Position numbers and translations under genes: made by a program. From TPA_inf: Saccharomyces (taxonomy: Eukaryota), in NCBI GenBank assembly GCA_000146045.2, contig BK006939.2:320001-384000 (forward strand): a stretch of DNA of 64,000 nucleotides, read 5' to 3'. The stretch's first letter is position 1. Every line of letters begins with the position of its first letter. This document shows positions 57,615 to 64,000 of this stretch, piece after piece. The notes beneath the pieces are model-generated. The model did not search any database. It saw nothing but the letters and a program-made list of their open reading frames with translations, and was not told where the DNA came from.

Positions 57615-58761
57615 TCTACCACGGAATGCGTTTCCTCTTTATTTATGTCTATAAACGTCTTCGTGTTTATTTTTTATAGCCTCAGTGACTTACTAACGTC
57701 AACTCACCGTGTCTTCGGCAAACAAAATGGTATCAAAGCAAATGCGCTTGAACAGGAGTAAAAAATGGTCACTTTTTCAATCTGTATTCTATGAATTTTA
57801 TCAGTACCGGTCTCAAACCAACCCTCTACAACTTCATCGTGATCCCATTCTTTCTTCGTTGTCTTCCCACGCTCTTCCGGACCCTCGTAAAAGAGTCCGA
57901 AGCCGAGAAGGCGCGATTTCATGCACTATACACTCGTTGGCAAACACAACAATGGACCCTGGCCAGTTGAACTGTGGTCCCTGTTGCGTCCACTATTGAT
58001 ATGCATGCATGTGGACGCAAGCACACGCCTGCATAAACGTTTAATTCCTCAGTATCCCACTCCCAGGGCTACTTATTCGAGGCATTTTCTATTTTTGTTA
58101 CTACTAGAGCCAGCATTAGAACTGGAAATACAGCAAAAAATTTTTCACATTCTTATCACAAGAATGTGCAGGAGAAGGTAAAACCTGCAGGTAACTTGCA
58201 TATATTTCAGTAAATTACATGTACTATACATCGTCAAATAATTTACATTTGTACAAGACCAATATCCGGGGCCCGCTAATTAGTAACGTGCCGTGATTCT
58301 TTCATTAGAACAAGTACAAGATGACCTGAACTTGCGCGTATTCATATGGAAAATACGCAAGGCCCGGTTATTTCCGTTCTGGGATATTCGCCGAAAGCTG
58401 CCTTCTGTTCGAATTGCGTCGTCAACATCCTTTTGAGCTTTCTTTAAGTTCTTTCCTTCGAGATGGACGATGCCAAGAGAATCATCGCTGAGTTGATCGG
58501 CGGCGTGTAGATGCGCCGATCAACTTTACAGGACGAAACTCACATAACCTTAATACAATAAAAAAGTATTGCATACAATAGGTCCCTCAGGACACATACA
58601 TACAAGATTGGCAAAAGTGAAGGCAGGTGCCTAAGATTGGGTGGGAAAGTAAATTTACATATAGTTTTTTCTAGGAAAAAAATAAAAATAATGAAGGAAG
58701 GTATACTTATATAAGCGCTGTTTATCGAAACAGACGAGAATAAAAAATGGTTTTAAAAAAA

Positions 58762-61700
58762 TCAAGCAATGACGGCAGCTAAAACCGGATTTTGAGCAAC
58801 AATTCCGTTGTAAGTAGTGTTTAGATACTTCAATAATTCAATAACCTTATGCTTCATCTCTTCGGTTTGGAATTGCTTTAATCTTTCCATATTCTCTTCC
58901 CTACCTAGAGTAGACTCCTTTTCTAACTTAATTCTATCATTTTCTTTGGTAAACACAGCACTGAAAATCTCGATGATCCTTGGGGTTTCGTTTGTGATAA
59001 CGGGACTATTTTCCTGGTATAGTTTCATGATCAATTCGAAAATTGGATTGTATTCTTCAAAACCGGTGTTTAGTGGTAAATGTGCCAATAATGCTGGAAC
59101 AGTTTGTTCCAATGGAACTAGAGCACTGTTCTTCAAAGCCATTCTGGCCACACATCCACTAGCATTAGCGTATGCTCTATCAATAATCTCTCTGGTGGCT
59201 TCGTCATCTTCGGCTGCTAAGGCCTTTTGGTCAGCAGCACTTAGTAACTCATAAAGCGCCTTCAAAACAGGTTCATAAACGGCTGAGATGTCCATAGAAG
59301 CATATTCACACAACAAACCAACACCATAAGCCGCGTTACCTCTAACTTCTAAAGATTTATCGCTTGTTAATCTAATGACTAAGGCTTCTAGCATTTCATG
59401 AACGAAAGGATTTTGTTCTTTCATACCTAGAGCTAATTCAGAGGCGGCACCGACGGCGGATGATCTCTTATTCTTGGATTTAGATTGGAATAATCCGAAA
59501 ACAACCGGTCTGAAGTTGTCAAAGACTTTGGCAAAATCACCAGCTAAAGCTTGAGATAAACTGACAAGAACTTCCAATGCAACATCTTGTAAAGTTGCTT
59601 CGGTTTCAGAAGCGTCTAATTCTTCATCTCTTGGAACGTCCTCCTCGATATCAATGGTTTGACAAGTATGGGTACCCTTCAAGACACTAAGAACTTGCAT
59701 GCACAAAGCTTCTAGCATAGAAGAGTCGCCGTTGTCCATGATGATGATTGCGCCAAATTGCTTAATCATATTGGCAAAATCTTCCATAACGGTAATGACC
59801 ATTGAGGTTTCGAATTCATCGCTTAAGTTACCCATGGAAGTTTCCCTGGCAGCTTGAATAACCGCCAAAACATCAGCATTAACGTAGGAAGAGGCTGGGA
59901 TACCCTTAGGATAGCTTTCTGGTTCTACTTTGGAAGCCAACAGGACAGACTTAACAACATTCCAGATGGTGTTTAGAGCGGTTTCTCTTAAACCGTACGA
60001 CTCATCGACTTGTTCATTCAAAACCTTTAAGGATTGTTCGACGTATGGCAAGAAATGCTCCTTCGTACCCAATGCTAATTCGGATAGAGCTGCAGAAGCA
60101 ACTTCCTTTTCATAGGAAATACCAGTGTTAACGGTGAATTTGTTCTGTAGTTCTTCTTCATTGGCAGAATCAGCAAATGCGGCTAAATCCTCTGCATCAC
60201 CATCGAAGTTGAATTGGTATTCATCTAATTCTAGTGTCTTGAAGATTTCTGGTAGGATAGTTTTCAAGAAAGGAGCAAAATTTTCGCCGTAAACTTTAGC
60301 CAAGTTTGCAATGAATGCATAACCAGATTCTCTTAATCTAGCAGAATCAGTTTTGATGGCCTCATAGGCGGAGTTAACCAAAGGTTCGGCAAATTCGGCA
60401 AATGCGTCTGATCTGACGGCTCTGGCCATAGTAGAAATATTTTCAAAAGTGTTGGCCCTTAGTTCTATATCATCTTCGCTCATACCTTCAATTTGAGAAC
60501 AGTTTTGGATGAATTTTTCCAAATAGTGAACACTAGTCTTGAAATATGGAATGAACGCGGAACCTGCTGCAAAAGCAGCGGAACCAATTGCAGAAACAAC
60601 AGCACATCTCAACTTGGATGATTCATTACTTTCCAACATATAGAATAGTTTGTTCATTAATGGATCCAAGTACTTAGCGATAGCATCATAAGCAATGAAC
60701 TCAAGCAGACCATCTAAAGCAACAGTTGCATAGTTGTAAATGACAATGTTTTTCGCAGAATCAATGATATCGATGATCAATGGCAAGTATTCTTCATGAA
60801 ATTTGGCAACTTCGTCTTGTAAGTCAGTGGTTAATTGGTGAATACACTTCAGAGCAGCTAATTTAACAATCGGTTCAGTATCCTTCAAACCGTTTATGGT
60901 GGCAGGGATAATTTTGTCGAATTGAGACAAAATGTAGTCTGGAGAACCAGTAACAGCAACGGAAATAGCTAAAAGAATAGCTCTTCTCTCAAAAACGTTT
61001 GCGGATTGCAACATAGCTGGAATGTGTTCAACAATAACGGAAGCAACCTGGGATGGTGGCAGTTCAGAGGAAGCGAAAGCTAACAGTCTAATAGCAGAAG
61101 AAGAGGGTGTATTTTCCTCATTTTCGCCTGTTTCGTCTTCGTTGTTTAATTCATCGTCAACATCGATCTCTTCACAAGCCACCTTCAAAGCTGCAACAGT
61201 AATTTCTGGGCCCAATTTGCTTTGAGAAACCTTCGATTTTCTGTAGGACAATGAAGATATGATGAATTGAAGAGCAAAAACTCGAACATCTTCGTCAATC
61301 TCACTGTTAACAGCAATTTGTAAAGACAGCTTAATCAAATCCACAATAAAGTTTCCTGTTAATTGGGAGTCCAATAGCAGGAAATCGTTTAAACAGTTAA
61401 AGATTAATTTAGCGTTCATGGTGTCGTCGGCCTTGATAACTGCGTCTAAAACGTTAACCACAGATGGAATTGAGGCGGCGAATTTTTGAGCTTGAACAGG
61501 GTTGATGGTTTCTTGTTCTTCAATCAAAGCAGAAACGTGGTTCAAAGCCTGGGCAGATAATGATCTGATCTCCAAAGAAGATGGATCATTAATTGTCTGA
61601 GAGAACAAAGCCAAAAAGTCATCGATGTGGCCAGATAGAGAAGAGGTGAAATCTTCCAACAGAGAAAACAAAATAAAAATGGCAGTTTGTCTTGTTTGAA

Positions 61701-62103
61701 CGTCTTCACCAGAAGCAGTTTGGATTAGGTTAGGGACTAAATCTGGCCATTTGTTACCATCTAGCTCTTCAGTACCAATAGAAGCAATTACTCGAGCGTT
61801 GGAATGACGAACATTTTCTTTTGGCTCACTAAATGCTGTTTGTAAAAGAGATGTTTTGATGGAGGCTCTAGTGGATTCATCAATGGCGTTCCAGTGCTTG
61901 GAAACCAACTTTCTAGCTTCAACACCAGCTAGTTGTTTCAACGAATCATCGGAGCCGTTCTGCAAAATATGAATCAAAGCTGGCAAAGTTGTAGGCTGGG
62001 TATAAAATTGAGTTTGCAAAGTTTTTGTAGCCTCCTTCAAGCCTACACCAGAAGTGATAGCGTGCAAAGTTTGCTCAAGTTGACTTAGAAATTGTTGATC
62101 CAT
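58762..62103 (-). CDS. KAP123: Karyopherin/importin-beta family nuclear import receptor, 1113 aa
   Basis: Recognised full-length protein [19 protein letters not shown]... with HEAT repeats. Confidence 0.93.
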
Positions 62104-62298
62104 TATACTACTTGATACTAAAAAAGTGTTTTTCGTCCCTCAGTTTTTATGCTGCTAAGGCAGGATTTTGGTAATATACAGAAACGAGAAGAAGGATCCT
62201 TGCGGGGTCTTGCCTATTCTTTTTTGTTGACTAATAAAATCAATACCAAACCTGACAACAAATAAAATGAAGGATCTATGGATAAGTGGATGTTTCTA

Positions 62299-62340
62299 TT
62301 TTTTTTTTTTTTTTTTTTTTTTTCGACCTCATCTCATCGC
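62299..62340. promoter_or_regulatory. KAP123 promoter: a T25 homopolymer (62299..62323) followed by a PAC motif CTCATCGC (62333..62340)
   Basis: Exact PAC octamer. The long poly(dA:dT) tract is a typical nucleosome-excluding element, and KAP123 is a ribosome-biogenesis regulon member. Confidence 0.5.
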
Positions 62341-62594
62341 GCTTTCCATTCATCATATTGTACGAAAACAAAGCACAATCGTAATAAAAGACATCCTGAT
62401 AATTAGCAAAGGGCTAACCATAATAGTCTAAGTTTAGTAGTTCAAATGTTTGTTGACATGCACTTGAAGCAACTCAAGCGCAATGAGAAAAGTGACTATA
62501 CAAATATGTAAAAAATTGCTACCAAAAAAAAAAAAAAAAAATTTAAAAACTCTGATAATATAGTAAAAATTATTGGTACATTGTGAATTAAAAT

Positions 62595-64000
62595 TTATGC
62601 GTTTGCCCTCAAATCCTTTTCTATATCGTCCAATTTTGAGTCAATGTTCTCAATTGTGATACCAATCAAGTTTCTGTATTTATCTAACTTCACCGATGAA
62701 TTAATTTTGCTTTTAGCTTCGCTTATTTTCAATGTTGTCATCCTTCTTTTAAACTGTAGAATAGTTAGTTCCGTTGCTAGTCTCAACGTCTCATTTACAT
62801 CATATGATTCTTGTACAGTATTAGAAAATTTGGCGTCCGCTTTGGTGTTTTTAGGAGAAGAAGTTTCCGACGTTGACTTTGGAATTGGCTCTTCATCTTC
62901 CTGTTTTTCTGGATGTGAACTTGAGTTAGTATTCATATCAACCTTTGATTCCTCATCCTGGACAATTGTAGCCAGTTTTAAAGCTTGAGATTTTTCCAAG
63001 CTTTGAATAAAATTTTGCTTTTCAGAATTCAACTTTGACGATGTTTCTTTAATCCTTGATTGTAAATCTGATATCGAATTTATGGGAGTTTTGTTTGATA
63101 CGGAATCGAAAGCATCCTCTATTTGATGTGCTATTGTAATCAATCTCTTCTTATTGTTAGAAATAGAGGATTCGGTTTCTACTACTTCGTTGTCCAGATT
63201 TTTAATTTCTTCACCCATTATTCTTTGTAGAGAAGAAACTTTTGTATTTAATTTGTTGATCTGCTGCGAAAGCGGTTTTGAGTACTTTCCTAGTGGAGAC
63301 ATCTGTATCGGCAGAAGGGAAGAAGGCGATTCCAATGATGGCATGGCAGTTTTCACACTATTCAAGGGATCCTTTTTCTTTTCAACTTGATTCTCATTAT
63401 CCTTTGCCTTTTCTTTTTCATCTGATATTGACTGTGATCTTCTTCTGTATAAAATGGGAGAGTTTTCAAGAATTTTGGACGGCGTAGACTTTATATCTTT
63501 AATGACAGACGACGTCACGAAAGAATTAATATTCGACAAGTCTTCCATAATAGTGTTCATATTTGTAGAATTTGGCTGGTTGGAATGCAGGTATTGACTT
63601 TCGTTGACTTCAGAATCTGTTTTAGCTATATTGACATCTGCAGTAGAATCTTCTTTATCAGGATGTTGAGTTTTTATAATTTTTGGAATTTTGACATTGT
63701 TTTGTGGTTGCTGTTGCTGTTGCTGTTGTTGGTAATAATTCTTTTGAGGAAGGTTTCGAGCTAACTTTCGATCTGCCTTGGTGTTGTTGTTTCTGCTGTT
63801 TGACCCGCCAGCCGGAGTATTAAACTTATTCATTATTGACGCAGGCGATTCGTTATCTAGATTCAATATATCTGTTGACGCACCAAGATATACCAGTCTG
63901 TTGTAAACCTCGAAGTTCAAGTTTAAAGCAGATAAATGCAGTGGAGTGTTCCCTATATTATCTTGGTAGTTCAAACATATCTTCAACAAATTGTAGTCCT
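62595..64000 (-). CDS. SWI4: SWI4, the SBF DNA-binding subunit. Only the C-terminal portion with ankyrin repeats and a coiled-coil is present; the N-terminus lies beyond the window end.
   Basis: The 464-aa ORF runs open to the window edge. It has an ankyrin repeat (GNTPLHLSALN) and a poly-Gln tract encoded at about 63705..63735. Confidence 0.88.
   Translation of the reverse strand, partial: DYNLLKICLNYQDNIGNTPLHLSALNLNFEVYNRLVYLGASTDILNLDNESPASIMNKFNTPAGGSNSRNNNTKADRKLARNLPQKNYYQQQQQQQQPQNNVKIPKIIKTQHPDKEDSTADVNIAKTDSEVNESQYLHSNQPNSTNMNTIMEDLSNINSFVTSSVIKDIKSTPSKILENSPILYRRRSQSISDEKEKAKDNENQVEKKKDPLNSVKTAMPSLESPSSLLPIQMSPLGKYSKPLSQQINKLNTKVSSLQRIMGEEIKNLDNEVVETESSISNNKKRLITIAHQIEDAFDSVSNKTPINSISDLQSRIKETSSKLNSEKQNFIQSLEKSQALKLATIVQDEESKVDMNTNSSSHPEKQEDEEPIPKSTSETSSPKNTKADAKFSNTVQESYDVNETLRLATELTILQFKRRMTTLKISEAKSKINSSVKLDKYRNLIGITIENIDSKLDDIEKDLRANA

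Noticed and set aside
1-64000. Possibility of a novel prokaryotic-style defence or mobile system (CRISPR, toxin-antitoxin, operons)
   Set aside because: The window is unambiguously S. cerevisiae nuclear DNA. It has a spliceosomal intron with GTATGT and TACTAAC signals and a eukaryotic tRNA with a Pol III T-run terminator. It is monocistronic, and every sizeable ORF matches a known yeast protein. No repeat-spacer arrays are present.

Overview
This window is nuclear DNA from Saccharomyces cerevisiae, not a prokaryote. The protein set and gene order match the right arm of chromosome V, roughly YER080W through YER111C, and the in-frame amber stop in FLO8 points to an S288C-type background. I recognise about 33 protein-coding genes from the translated ORFs: AIM9 (5' truncated), SER3, UTP7, GET2, YER084W, YER085C, ILV1, AIM10, SBH1, DOT6, PTC2, TRP2, MET6, IES5, TSC11, AIM11 (one intron), PUP3, RAD51, SHC1, UBP9, PRS2, UBC6, AST2, RPS8B, SSA4, RTT105, NUP157, MAM1, GLE2, FLO8 (interrupted), KAP123 and SWI4 (truncated at the window end). 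There is one tRNA-Glu(UUC) gene with a nested cluster of Ty solo LTRs just upstream of it, and the SRG1 regulatory ncRNA locus sits upstream of SER3. There is no CRISPR array, operon structure or prokaryotic mobile system. The window is densely packed with known housekeeping genes, so I do not find support for a wholly undescribed biological system. The second looks worth making are a GC-rich island with a perfect hairpin between DOT6 and PTC2, a GC-rich block upstream of RPS8B, two perfect inverted repeats in the FLO8 upstream region, a tandem splice-acceptor in AIM11, and the nested LTR architecture at the tRNA. All coordinates and motif calls were made by eye from the sequence and the ORF track, and gene names come from my own recognition of the proteins and gene order. 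No searches or computations were run.
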